Notes under the pieces: model-generated
Told to the model about the DNA's origin: nothing
The model's database searches: none
The model's input: the letters and a program-made list of their open reading frames with translations, nothing else
Translations under genes and position numbers: made by a program
Source: Paraphysomonas bandaiensis
Taxonomy: Eukaryota > Protista > Chrysophyceae
Assembly: GCA_965644295.1 (NCBI GenBank)
Contig: CBFFRP010000125.1
Coordinates: 62,001-126,000, forward strand
Direction of reading: 5' to 3'
Length of the DNA: 64,000 nucleotides
Part shown: positions 1 to 12,877 of the stretch, one piece after another
Layout: each line of letters starts with the position of its first letter
How positions within the stretch are numbered: the first letter of the stretch is position 1

Positions 1-1332
1 ATTTGTAGAGGCACCAGCTTCCTGCGCTCCAGTGATGCTCAGCGATCCAGATGCCTACAGTTCTCCGGTGGTGTCGCCGCGGCCCACCAGCTGTCCTATC
101 AGTAGCGATCGTGGTACGAAGGATAACGTTAATGAAGCTCCAGTAATGGAGCCGAAGAAAAGCCCCCCGAAGCAAGATATCGTGTGGCTGTTACATACTT
201 TGCGCCCTGACGGTGGTGCATCCAAAGATGAAAAGAGGACTGCCATATCAGAGCTAAAGAGACTTGCGAAGAGTGCATCAGATGAGTACTGGAGGAGGAA
301 CTGTGCACAGGTGTGATACAATGGCGTCTTTCTATTATGATCTTCTCTAGTTATAACACTGTTATTCTGTCCTATGTAGATTATGAGTGTATTGCTGGAG
401 GCTTTTAGTCCGTCAGCCATGGCTATGGTGACAAAGCAAGACGAGGAGTCTGCTAAGCTGTCGTCATCTGCTTCAGCAGGAGTTGCGACTTCGCCTTCGT
501 CGCGGGAGGGAGACTACTACTCATCGATGCCACACCTTCCACCGTCCATGCCCCTCACAGGATTAAGCCCCGCTCCAACGGGGACATATACCTCGAGAAA
601 GATGCAGTTTGGTGTTGGAGGTGAAGAAAACTGGACTTCTAGTGAAATTAACTCTGCTGCCGAAGAGAATGGTGCGGTAAATGGTGCAGCACATGCCCAG
701 AGGATGGAAGCAATGCATGTTGCGTGTAAGGGCGTCCTTATATTAGTAAAGGTCTTAGGAGGGGAACACATAAAGGTATCACGATTCGTATTTTGTTTGT
801 GGTTTTATGATATCGGCAGGTTTTCATGGAGCTCATAGTAAGTCGGCTCTGTGAGGCTGCCGCATTTGCCCCTGTGGCTGTGTCTCTTCATTTTGAGCAA
901 ATTCTGTCCATTGTCTCGGCTCTAGCGCCGTCACGGTTTGTGCGGCTGCTTTTACCGTACATCACGGTCGACCCTACAACTGAGAATGAAAGTACTACAG
1001 GCGATGAACAAGAGAAAGATGCATACAAACAGCATACCCGTCTCATGTCCCTACATGCCATGACGGCTGGAGTAAAATACTTGTCTTCTTCAGAGCTAAT
1101 TGAACTGCTGCCTATCCTGGCACCAGCCGTTTTGCCACACTTCACCAGTCCTCTTGTCGACATTCGAAAATCTGTCGTTTTTGTATTAGTTGAGATCTAT
1201 ATGATTGTAGGGGATGCGTTACACCCGTATGTTAAGACTTTGGCTCCGTCGCAGAGGAAATTACTTACTGTATACATAGAACGTCAGATGAGCAGACACA
1301 CAGTCCCTGCTTGTTCAACTGCTGACGTTTAG
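1..1332 (+). CDS. CLASP: CLASP (CLIP-associated protein) C-terminal part, TOG-like/CLIP-binding domain; 5' end outside window
   Basis: ORFs 32-316, 383-838 and 826-1332 join in frame over GT-AG introns 311-379 and 776-819. The C-terminus 'LLPILAPAVLPHFTSPLVDIRKSVVFVLVEIYMIVGDALHPYVKTLAPSQRKLLTVYIER' matches the typical CLASP terminal helix pattern. Confidence 0.8.
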
Positions 1333-2438
1333 CAGTAGCTGTGTAGGTAGTATCAGTGGAGCTTCTATCGTTAGACTATTTGATGGATAAAACAGTGTCA
1401 ATCACGACAACATGTTGTAGATTGCATTATAGATTGTAAACTATAGGTATCTGGAAATCGTGGTGAAAAATCTAAATAACGGTATATATAATATCTGATA
1501 GATTGAAAAGAAATTTATTTGGTTCGACAATAGTTTTGATAAAAATACAGTGTAGTTCGGCGTTGGTGGAGATAAGGTACTGCACTAGCAAATCTGTTAC
1601 AACTGAGAGTCCATAGTCGTTCTAGCTTCTCTTTACACCAAAATTCTCTCGACTGTGAACATGGAAATTACCTGATATGTAATCAATGTTGCTTTAATTA
1701 AATCGAGACTATCGAATTGTGTTCTTACTCACACCTCACATTCGATTGTAATATCAACAATCCTTTAACTACGTTTGTAAATATCTTCCTACTTGCGACC
1801 ACTAACATATAAAGAACGTTCGATCAGCATGTGTATGTTAGTTAGTTGACAGTAGAAATATAAAGAATCAACGTGTTTGCTAAATCGTACTTAATTAAGC
1901 ATGTGGACAGCAGTTTAATACAGCGAAATTAATTCATGTGAGCAGTCCACAACAGGTGGCTGATATATATGCCAAGAAGGCATTGTGTGATCCAATATTT
2001 ATTGCACAGAGGGAGCGAAATATTGGGGGGATAATTTAAGACTACTAAACAAATTATAGCAGAGGTACCCAATGTAAAGAGAGCTCGTCGTAACTAGTTT
2101 GGAGTGAATGTATAGTGGAGCTAGCTATACAAGCGGAGTCATACGTCACACCAGGGTTCTATGAGGTTCGGTGGTTGTGTATCCGATAATTCGATTGTAT
2201 TGTGTTCAACAAAAGCTAGATTAAGGTTTATGTATAGAGCAAAGTCAGCTTCAGTGATATAACCTATTCTAACATAATATATAATTTAGTGGCCAATGTA
2301 CTGATGCTCAGACGGATTCAATGTGCATCGTGTATGACTTACGTATCACCTCCGGAAAATGAGCATACAGTTTAATGATTCTATCATTAGTTTGAAAGCT
2401 ACTTCAAAGCTGTACATTGAAATTATTCTAAATATGTA

Positions 2439-5400
2439 TCATAGACCATACTCACTATAGTCAATAGCGGAGTTGCCTGGACTATTCAACCGATCATTCA
2501 CATCACTAACACTATGAGGTCGTGCAACAATACTATCAACTGAACATCTGGTATCTTCCACTACTGATCGTCCAGACAACTGTAGCATACTCATTGAACT
2601 CTTCATATCATTTAAAAATCCGCCCCCCTGTTTTTCCAAGCTGTCAAGTTGACAAACATCTTGTCCTCCCCTGCTTCCACCTATTAAGTGTCTGGTATCG
2701 ACTCGAAGTGGTTGCTCCCTCGATGGGCTGCATAAATACGATTAGCTTTACCAATAACTAGTTGTGTAATTACACACCTACTACCACCACGAGTTGTAGG
2801 CCGACTACTCGAAACACTTCCCAACCCTCCCATGAGCAGTTCTAACTCCTCTCGCCCTATACATATACTAGCATAACAGTCACACTACAAACTATCACAC
2901 TCCCCGCACCTGCGCCTGATTCTCCTCCAAGAGCCATTCCTTCAAGCAGCTCCCATTTCCTCCTGTGCAACATAGTATATCAGCAAGTAACAGCTATTTC
3001 ACGTGTTATCACACATAATGCGAGAAGATCACCTGTTTCTTCTGAACGCTCGGTCCACGTCAAACTCAAGTGTATTTCCCGACAAAGCATCGTTGTTGCG
3101 ACATTTACGACCAGGCGTGCCGGAAATAGCAATAGCTGTTGAAGATGGGCCCGAAATACTGTGCTTGATGGGGTGTGGTTTCCTGTCGCGATGTTGAGAA
3201 AGTACTCTATCAGTTCCTACACCCGTCACGTCATTTTCATCCAATGAACGCAGTGTAGATGATAAGTCTGGATTATTGTGTGCTCGTTCGCTTGTACAAA
3301 GGTCACTATTGTGAGATGTTTGTAGAATTGACATGTCGCTGCTCCTTGGACGCCGGCCGCAACGAGGAGATGGTGCGACTGGAGTGTGCTCCTTGATCAT
3401 ATCATTCGCAAGGCGGTGTTGATCAGTTCCCTCTTGTCGAGCAGAGAGCACCCTCTGTTTACGAGAATGATGATTTTGTTGCACCGGAAGAGGAGGAACT
3501 TTTAAAACGCCGGGATTACTTCTACCCTCTTTCTTAATGTTGGCTCCCAAATCTTGTGGCAAAAATGAGGCACCGTTAGGGTAAACGAATCGACTGTCCA
3601 ATTCAGAATTAGACTTTGTAAAGAAATGACTTGTCATCATTTGCAAATACCTATTTGATTCCAACGTTCTATCGAGTGCATCCAGCTCACCATCAAAGTC
3701 ATTTCTGGCTATTTCATCAGTAGTTGTGAATGGTGTGTGAATGGAGTTCGATACTAACGATGCTTCCATTCGAGAGTCCTGAGGATATATCAGTACACAA
3801 ACATAAAGAAAACGACATATAAACACCTCATTTTTGACAGGCTCGTTACGCTGGGCCCCTTTCTTCTTTCCGTCGGACACAAGTTTACGCAACTGAGCTA
3901 ACTCTAGAGCACATTGATTAATAACTGTGCATCCACAAAATGCAGAATAGACCTTCTCGTGCCCGCTTCGCTTCTTCTTTTGCAATCGCAGTCTCTTCTT
4001 GAAGTGTCTTGATAATGGGATGATCGACCCGTAAGTGATCCTCTGATGTGCGATTCACAGCTGCCGTACAGTACAATCAACATACAGCGAATACACATTT
4101 CACATTCCGAATACCTCCGCGTCTATTTGAGCCACTGCTGTTTGAAGCACCTCGCTGTGGTAAACTTTTTCTCTCAACTCGACTATTTGAAGGTGGAGAT
4201 GAGTCCTGTGAGTATTCATCTGGTGTGCGATTCATTGCTGCCATAGAGAACAATTAACATACAAAAAGATATGTATGAAATTCCGATTACCTCCGCGTCG
4301 ACTGGAGCCACTGCTGTGTTCAAGATTTCTCTCAGCTCGAGCAGCCGGAAGAGGAGGAGATTCCTGTCTGGGTACAGGAGGCTTAGCTGGTGACGGCGGA
4401 GAAAACAGTTTATTTCTCCCCTTCGCAATATACCCATTTGGTGACTTTATCTCCTCAGGGGCGTGTGAATGCACTTCAATGATTGGTGACGGAGGACGGA
4501 ATACATTAGCTCTGGAATGGTCTGGTATAGATGACGTCGGCGAACCAAATCTAGGTGGAGGGTCAGACGACGAATTAGGAATTCCACGCTCGCGACGAAT
4601 TTCCTCTTCTTGTCGCTTGCGGAGCTCTTCTTGTTCTCTGGCTATTCTTTCGTTTTCTTTGCGTTCAATCTCTCTGCGGTCACAGTCAAAAGGTAGCAAC
4701 TAACATGATATCACATGTAAACCTCTGCGCTGCTTCCTCTGCTTCTTTTTGTATTTTCTTTTGCTCTATCTGTATCCTAAGGGCCTCCTTGCGCTCCTCT
4801 TCGGCTTTCGCCTGATGGTAACTATTGTCAAAGGCATGCATCAGTAGTGGTGCATCACACCTTTAACTTCTGCTGTTCTATCTCGTACGCTGCTTGAATT
4901 TCTTGTCGCTCTTTTTCCAATTTTTGCATTTGTCGCATTTCTTCCTCCTCTTCTTTCTTTTTATCTTCCAAGTCTTTCGCCTGAACAAAACTTAGTAATC
5001 ACATGTGTATCCGCAATATCATACCTTTTTCGCTCGAATTTGGTCTTCAAGGGCTTTAGCATGCTGCATCTGTAGTAGTGTTAGTCTCCAAACATAAGAT
5101 TCGCTGCAAGGCACCTTCTGTATTTGATGTTGCCTATTTCTATCATCGTCGACATTTTCTATTCCTAATCCATTAGCCGGTACCCGAATGCCTATTTAAT
5201 AACTATAGTTATAGAAGCAAGACATGCTACACGATACAAACGATACCATCTCCGTAGCCCTGCATCGCAGCTGGATAGTGAGGATTCTGCTGAAACAGAT
5301 TTGGATTTTGAGGGGCAGCGCCGTATGTGTCGTGTCGAGCATCAACGACAGACTCTGGGGGCCATCGGCGAGGAGAAGCCGGGCCCCATGGACCTTGAGC

Positions 5401-7074
5401 CGCCAGCTTCTGAGGAGATTGAACCTGGGAAACGTAAGCCTTCTGAACCCCCCTGTTACCAACTGCTAGTGTTGCACGAACAGGAACACCTAGCGGTCCC
5501 ATAACCCAACCATCACCATACTGAGACTGCTGATTTTGCAGCGCAGATCGATGATCGTTGTTAGATTTCTGATGCATCTGAGATTCCAACTGCCTAGCAT
5601 ACTCTGCCTGCTTAGCTCGCTTAGCCATCTTGTCGTCCATAGGATCCGATGGACCTCTCCCAAACATTCCCTGGTCATTGCTTGCACCGCGGTTATTACC
5701 AACTGGTTGTTGGTGCATCTGTGATTCCAACTGCCTAGCATACTCTGCCTGCTTAGCTCGCTTAGCCATCTTGTCGTCCATAGGATCCGATGGACCTCCC
5801 CCAAAAATTCCCTGATCATTGCTTGCACCACGGTTATTGCCAACTGGTTGTTGGTGCATCTGTGATTCCAACTGCCTAGCATACTCTGCCTGCTTAGCTC
5901 GCTTAGCCATCTTGTCGTCCATAGGATCCGATGGACCTCTCCCAAACATTCCCTGGTCATTGCTTGCACCGCGGTTATTACCAACTGGTTGTTGGTGCAT
6001 CTGTGATTCCAACTGCCTAGCATACTCTGCCTGCTTAGCTCGCTTAGCCATCTTGTCGTCCATAGGATCCGATGGACCTCCCCCAAAAATTCCCTGATCA
6101 TTGCTTGCACCACGGTTATTGCCAACTGGTTGTTGGTGCATCTGTGATTCCAACTGCCTAGCATACTCTGCCTGCTTAGCTCGCTTAGCCATCTTGTCGT
6201 CCATAGGATCCGATGGACCTCTCCCAAACATTCCCTGGTCATTGCTTGCACCGCGGTTATTACCAACTGGTTGTTGGTGCATCTGTGATTCCAACTGCCT
6301 AGCATACTCTGCCTGCTTAGCTCGCTTAGCCATCTTGTCGTCCATAGGATCCGATGGACCTCCCCCAAACATTCCCTGGTCATTGCTTGCACCGCGGTTA
6401 TTACCAACTGGTTGTTGGTGCATCTGTGATTCCAACTGCCTAGCATACTCTGCCTGCTTAGCTCGCTTAGCCATCTTGTCGTCCATAGGATCCGATGGAC
6501 CTCTCCCAAACATTCCCTGATCATTGCTTGCACCACGGTTATTACCAACTGGTTGTTGGTGCATCTGTGATTCCAACTGCCTAGCATACTCTGCCTGCTT
6601 AGCTCGCTTAGCCATCTTGTCGTCCATCGGTTCAGAGGTGTCCATATTGCTCAATCCTTCCGAACCATTGTTGTATCTACTATTAACATTTCTAGACTGG
6701 TCGTCTGAGCGATCATTTGTATGTGATGGATCAGCATCTTGTCTCGTATGACGGACCTGCTCTTTCACGTCTAGTTTGGAGTTTTGTGTGTCATTCTCCA
6801 CAACTTGCTGTCTCTGGACTGTATCTACACCAGAACGGCGATTACTTTCTTTGGAATTGGCAGAAACAGTATCATTTCCTCTTTGTTTCTCCAAGAACTG
6901 TCGCCTTCTTTCCTCTAACATTTTTTCCCTTTTGCTCATAGTAACTTCACGAGGTGGTTTACTCTCACTTTTTACAGTTGTTTTTTCATCCTTCGATGCA
7001 GCTGACTGACGCTGCTGTGCAAGAACAGCCATATACGCTTCCTTAGCACGTTTTCTCTCTTCTGCACTGCTCAT
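2439..7074 (-). CDS. Multi-exon coiled-coil protein, CCDC66/CSPP1-like (centrosome/cilium-associated), with an internal 47-aa tandem repeat
   Basis: First exon is ORF 5227-7074. Short E/K/R/Q-rich exons follow at ~4720-5190 ('QHAKALEDQIRAKK...EKERQEIQAAYEIEQQK'), then exons in ORFs 4232-4699 and 3029-3985, ending in the frame of ORF 2439-2639. Introns 4238-4290 and 4061-4114 and the last three junctions were checked and keep the frame. 'KQAEYARQLESQM' resembles CCDC66/CSPP1 motifs. Confidence 0.6.
4031..4330 (-). repeat. Diverged ~177-bp tandem duplication covering exon end, intron and exon start
   Basis: 'tgtgcgattca..gctgcc.ta.ag.acaat.aacataca...attccga.tacctccgcgtc.a.t.gagccactgctgt.t' occurs at ~4047-4142 and again at ~4224-4320. 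Confidence 0.85.
5570..6627 (-). repeat. Coding tandem repeat, 141-bp unit x ~7.5, near-identical copies
   Basis: The unit MDDKMAKRAKQAEYARQLESQMHQQPVGNNRGASNDQG(M/I)FG(R/G)GPSDP occurs 7 times plus a partial eighth copy. Only a few nucleotide positions differ between copies. Confidence 0.97.
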
Positions 7075-8764
7075 AATCTCTAATTAACTGATTTAATAAC
7101 TACCAACAAGACTATCAGAAATATACAGCTATAAAACTCGATTCATATCAATTCCTGTGATCGAAACACAACTGAGAGATCAGTGAGATTAAAGAATATT
7201 GTACAGAATGTGAATAAACTGATACAGACTTTACTATGAGGATATACTTACAATATTAATTGAATAGCTCTGAGTTATATATATATATATGAGGAGTTAC
7301 ACTAGACACACTCTTATTATATAGAAGATTCACGTAGAACTTTGATATTCTGATCTCATAGAGTCGAAATATCCCTAATTTTATTTATAAGAGAAGAATG
7401 TTTATTATAAACCCTGCTTTCTGGTATCTGACTTTGAAATTAATATAATTTTACTATGTATCCTGATGCAAAAATTCACTAAAAATCAAAATATGGGGAT
7501 TTCAAGCTTGATAAAACTCACATACTCTACAAAATCAACTCATTGTATCCACAATCAATCAACAGGCAGAGTCATCACATTAAATCACAGCTAGTTACAA
7601 TTCATAATATCAATTAATCTCACCATTAAGATTAGCAAAACATCAGTTTGTTATACTTGTTTTCTTCGAACTCGACTAGATGTATACAATCTGCTATCAA
7701 TGAGTCAATAGGCTTACCATATACGCAGATATCAGTTACCAGATATCGCGTAATATACATATGCTTCTAAGCGGAGATACTGTGAAGTGTTCTCTCTTCT
7801 ACTGTATTGATTATCATGTTTGATTATAGTTCAACAGAGGGCGTAGCATCTCTATATGGGGATTATGTCTTGTAGTATATATTACTGTACTTTAATATAG
7901 ATAGTAAGAGATTTGTTGTTGTATATATCTTAGGCCTTGATTCACTGAAGTAATATGCTGACCTCAAATAATAAGTAAACGATACACAAATTTATAATAC
8001 CTTGGAAGTTTCATTTAGTGACTTCCAATTAAATTTCAGTTTTGTGGATAAAGCAACTATCCTATAGTTATTAGTCAGGCATCGGCAATAGCATTATTGA
8101 GTTAGGGTTAGTTAAACGAGAAGCACTCAAAAGGACGTTGTGTTATTGTGTTGCACATCCGACTAGACGACACTTCCCCGCTCCTATCAATATTTCAATA
8201 GTATTACAGGAAAGTTCTAATGCCATATCTGATACTTTATAGGTTATTAGGAGAAATGGCATCCAGCCCTTCAGGGTCGTGCTCTTCAAGATGGTGTGTG
8301 TCATATCACACACACAATATTTTATTTAGTTTCACTAACAGAGGTTAAGCGTATTGTACATTAATGTGATAATGATGCCAATGACAACAAGAAATCTCGT
8401 GCGATTACTATTTTTCACATCACTATCACACTATGTACGGATTTCAATACCTCGCAGTTGCCATTTCCTCAGTATCCTTCTGTGGTAGGGGTATATTTGT
8501 TGTAGTACTGAAAGTTGGGAATATTTTGGCTTAAGTTAGTCATAGTCCAAATATCGCTTCCTTATGTAGCAGCCATTGATTAGAAACAATTTTTTGTTGT
8601 TTTCCAAATGTTAATCAGGAAACGTCTATTCTTCTTACAGCAAGCAAGCTACAATAGTTATACATTATAGATATAAAAAATTCAACATAATAAGGATAAG
8701 TTACAATTTTACATACGGATAAGAAGTATCGTCCCTTGTCTAAATCGTGGTCACACCTAAAATA

Positions 8765-8925
8765 GTGTAAAAACCTAGTCAATGTATTGAAAATCTAGTT
8801 ACTAAATAATACTAGTCATATTTCAGTTTACAATACTAGGTTGACTAGGTGTTTATGGTATTCTTCTAGCGATTTTAGTGAATGCAGATATTAAAATTAC
8901 ATATTACTTTGACTAGGTTTTACAC
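8765..8925. repeat. Inverted repeat pair (17-18 bp) enclosing ~160 bp; possible MITE remnant
   Basis: gtgtaaaaacctagtcaa (8765-8782) pairs with ttgactaggttttacac (8909-8925). An extra internal 'ttgactaggtgttta' lies at ~8841. Confidence 0.55.
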
Positions 8926-9246
8926 CCTTTTATTCCTAATATACTCTAAGCGCAGTTTTCGAACACTATGCCACGCTACAATTGGTGAGGAACACCATAA
9001 CAGGGTAGAAACAGCGGATTTTAGAACAAAGTCGGGAACATATTCCTCAGGAGCTCATGATATACATCAAAACTTAATAATAGTTAAGTACACAGGCATT
9101 ATCTAAGACTAAAATCTTCGTTTACATCGGTGTGAGATACTGCATATTTACAATATATAGTGCATATAGCGCATGGAGAAACACATATAGCGTAGTCCGC
9201 GCCAGCAGTAATATGGACACAAATATGGCTACATATCTACAATGTG

Positions 9247-10914
9247 TTAACAGCTGTCGGTGTGTGGTATTACGGTATGTGTCGTTCTTGGTGTCGACCA
9301 GCTCGGAGATATACTCGATGCTTGAGTTTTCTGACGAGAACATAGACTCCATTTATTTCGAAGACTCTCTCCAAGTCGTCCCACGATATGCAGCTCCCCT
9401 AGAGAATCTCCCCATCCCTAAAGTCAAAAATGAGCGGCAATATAGATTCTTGCAGAGTAACAGACCTTGTAGAATACTATCCACAAACTACAAAATAAAA
9501 TACACAGCGATAGTGCTATGAAGAGTGCTGTACCGTGCTGCATTTTCATCATCTTCACAATGATTGATCCCTTGGTGAAATTCATTCCAAAGACGCCAGA
9601 AACAAACGTAAGGGGGAAGAATAATGCCGCCACCATAGACAACGCTACAGATATTTGTGCATCTCTTTTGCTAGATAAGTCAGTAATTTTCGTACCCAGT
9701 TTATTCAGCTCCTTGTCCAGAGATTGGACGATATTCAGAGTGTAGTCGTAGTCCTGTATGATTTGTGTATGATATTCACAAGGTATAGCAACTTTTATCA
9801 CGTCGTTGCTGCTATTGAGGCATAGTACCATCCTCTCCGTTAGATTGAATAGCAAGCTGAAACCGGAACGAATAAGCTCAATTTTGTCCAACAGTGCGTT
9901 GTCTTCTCCAATATTATTTTCCGACGTCCGGTTGATCAGAATTAAATCATTCAATTCCTTTTGACGAGCTGAATAGAAATTAATGACAGGGACTGAAATA
10001 GTAAGCATAGCTTGAATTGCCTCGTGCAGAAAAAAGGAGGGCCCTCGCTCCATCAAAAGTTTCCTGCTTTCCGCATCACTGTTCAAACGAGATTTCATTA
10101 TTCGAAAAACTTCATTTTCTTTGGTTACGCTCTCCAAAAAGCACTGTTCCTTCTCTTTGTTAGTTCCGCTCGTGTGTACACCATCTAGAGCAATATCAAA
10201 CTCAAAAGGGTTATCTCCACTCTCAAGTTTAGACAAAAGCCGCCCGGCAGATCGGTGAGATATAGACGTCGCTGCTGAGGACGAACGTCTCGCAGCTCTA
10301 TAATTTACCACAGGTCCACTCTTCTTCGAAGCAGTACTCTCAATATCCTCTAAATGTGCAGAGGTTACACATTCATATGTTATGACAAATTCCGCCGATA
10401 TATACATATAGAGTCGATTTAATTTAATAGATCCCGATCTATGGAGAAAAAGAGACACAAGACTAACCGCTAAGGATCCGTCCCTCTGAGAAACAATACT
10501 GCATTTAGGAGAGACAGACATCAGTACATTCAAAGCGTTTTGGTAGTTACACTTTTTCTTGAGTACCAAGTGAAAGGTCGTCCGTGTAGTGCAATGAAAC
10601 CACTGCAGCCCGCTTCGAAGCATTTTGACACTGTCCATTAATTTAACAATCTCTCGACCTCTGAGCAGCTCCTGCTCACACCCATCAAGCACTATGCGTG
10701 TCAATATGCTCGTGCTCTTATCAAATTCATACGTACGGTCCGAATATGCTCCCGAGGACCACGTATCATGAAAATTACGATACAATAGGACGTTATTTAA
10801 GAGATTTCCAGAGGAAAGTGTGTCCTCCTCTTCATCCGCTTCAAATGTATAAACGCCGCTAAAATAGTCCGAGTTCGACTTCGCGTATATTCGGGATATT
10901 CTCCGTCGTATCAT
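9247..10914 (-). CDS. CorA/Mrs2/Alr1-superfamily Mg2+ (divalent cation) transporter
   Basis: ORF 9424-10914 has the long stalk helix, then TM1 'ALSMVAALFFPLTFVSGVFGMNF' with the GMN signature, and TM2. A predicted intron 9418-9465 gives the typical '...FYK|GW' tail and a stop at 9247-9249. Confidence 0.88.
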
Positions 10915-12877
10915 GGTTTGGATGGTAGTATCAATTATCTGGCAGGTATGTATGGATAGTGTACTTATCCCTGTTTCTTCTACTGAACATACGATGAAAC
11001 CTCGTATCCATATAGTACAGCGTACATTGAGTAATAAGAGGCTTCGTTACACAGTGAAAAGTGGGCTATCACTTATAAGGCTCTCATTGTATTCCTGTTA
11101 TTGATATTAGCCCAATGGAGAGGTGACTACAGACACAGTCATTCACCTATAGACACAGTCGCTTCGTAGACTGATAATACATACACAACAATCAATAGTT
11201 CACGAACCCATCGCTACAATACAATGAGGGGAGTAGACCACAACGAATCCACTCGCTCTCTTGAATTGTGCGTTTCGACTGTTATTGTGAAGCTCTTCAT
11301 CTGATGATGATGATGATGATATACAGTATATATCTTAGATATTGTACTTTCATTAGCTAGAAAGTGAGGAAAACTGTGGAAAATACTCACTTTTTTACCA
11401 AAAAGTGAGGTTTCTTCAGTTGAGATGGAATCGCGATATATCGCGAGTCTGCTGGAATGAAGAAGATCATACTCTACGCATCAGCATCCTGTGTTTATTT
11501 TTGTTCAAAGATGCCACTAATATTGAGACAACAATTATATGTATTCCAGCCGTAGTTGTATTGCCGTAATATAGAGTATATTTGCATCAATTTATTCCCG
11601 AAAAATAAGATGCTAACTGCCGATACATACGTGTATATGTATACTCCATATGCCATATATCTATATATGCTCCGGGCTATATATGCATATACTAGATATG
11701 GATATACTAGACTCTCCTTATTCAGAATCCAATGATGCGAATGAATCTAAAGATCTGCTAGAGAAAGGTAGATGTTGATGATTGCAAGTCAATCACTTCA
11801 AGATAAGTAAAAGTTCTACTTGATAACTTTAAGAACTGTCTCGATACTCAATAAGGAAGACATGAAGCACTTTGAAGAGGGACTGTTGATAGCTGTTAGG
11901 AATGCTATTTAGTTGATGAAACTACAGTATGTATTGTTCAATCCATTCACTGAAGTGATCAGATAGATCGACAGTATTAATGATGTGAATGCGGACACAA
12001 CACTCTGGCTAATCAAACAGCGTTATTGGCATGGCTGTTAGTTGCTCCTGAATAGCAAGCTGACGAGCGGGTGCAGTTAAAGGCCGCCTGGTTGAAAGCA
12101 ATGCTTTAGTGGCGGTATGTCTCTAAATGAAATACTAAGCTGAAAGAAAACTTTGCAATATGAAGCTTACTGTATAAACACTATTAGGTTGCAAACGATC
12201 TTTGGCATGTTATTACTTACTCTTATGTGCTGATGTTTACGTGTATACTGAGCCCCTTATTCTATTACACAATTGTGATTAATAATGATAAACTCTAGAT
12301 ATGTTAATAGTATTCCGAATTTATGAACCAACATTCCAAAAGAACGTTCAATTGACTTTCCAGGGTACAATTTCTTCATGTTGCACACAAACCTCTTCAT
12401 TCTAAACTGCCTCTCAACATATCATCCGAATGCACATACATTATTCACAGTTATCTCTCAACAATGTCTCATTTCAATCTACATCTAAGACGATAGTGCT
12501 TCCATGAACAACATATGCATAGCGATGGACAGAATCAGAATATAGATATGGACATAATGGACATACACATAGAGCCAATCTGTACACTGTCTGGAAAAAA
12601 GTGTTAACAGCCCATAAATGCTGCAAAATTCTAGTGAATTCAGCCCTAACTTACGATATTACTCTAAATACTTGTATTATTATAAACTAAAGCAACATAA
12701 TAATATCTGTGCAAATTCAAGTTGATCTAATCAACTCAATCGAGCACACACAGAAATTGCATCACTTGGCAGGCCTTTTCAGCGGATCAACTTAACGATC
12801 TGCATCACTGCACTAAAAAACTACTTACACTAAAAGGAACTCTACAGAATCAGAAAAGTGGTCTAAACTAAATTTAA

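Noticed and set aside
1550-1830. Minus-strand splice-like signals suggesting a small gene
   Set aside because: The only frames I could assemble are short and unrecognisable; this may be UTR or noise.
5570-6627. Regular repeat array as a possible CRISPR
   Set aside because: The units are contiguous 141-bp copies with no unique spacers, lie in frame within a spliced eukaryotic gene, and have no cas genes nearby.
5490-6751. 365-aa alternative-frame ORF and several antisense ORFs over the repeat
   Set aside because: These are by-products of a 3n repeat unit that lacks stops in those frames. They end near the array boundaries.
8080-8215. Weak similarity ('gcaatagcattattg', 'aatatttcaatagtatt') to the MITE at 57944
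   Set aside because: The matches are short and AT-rich and cannot be distinguished from chance by eye.
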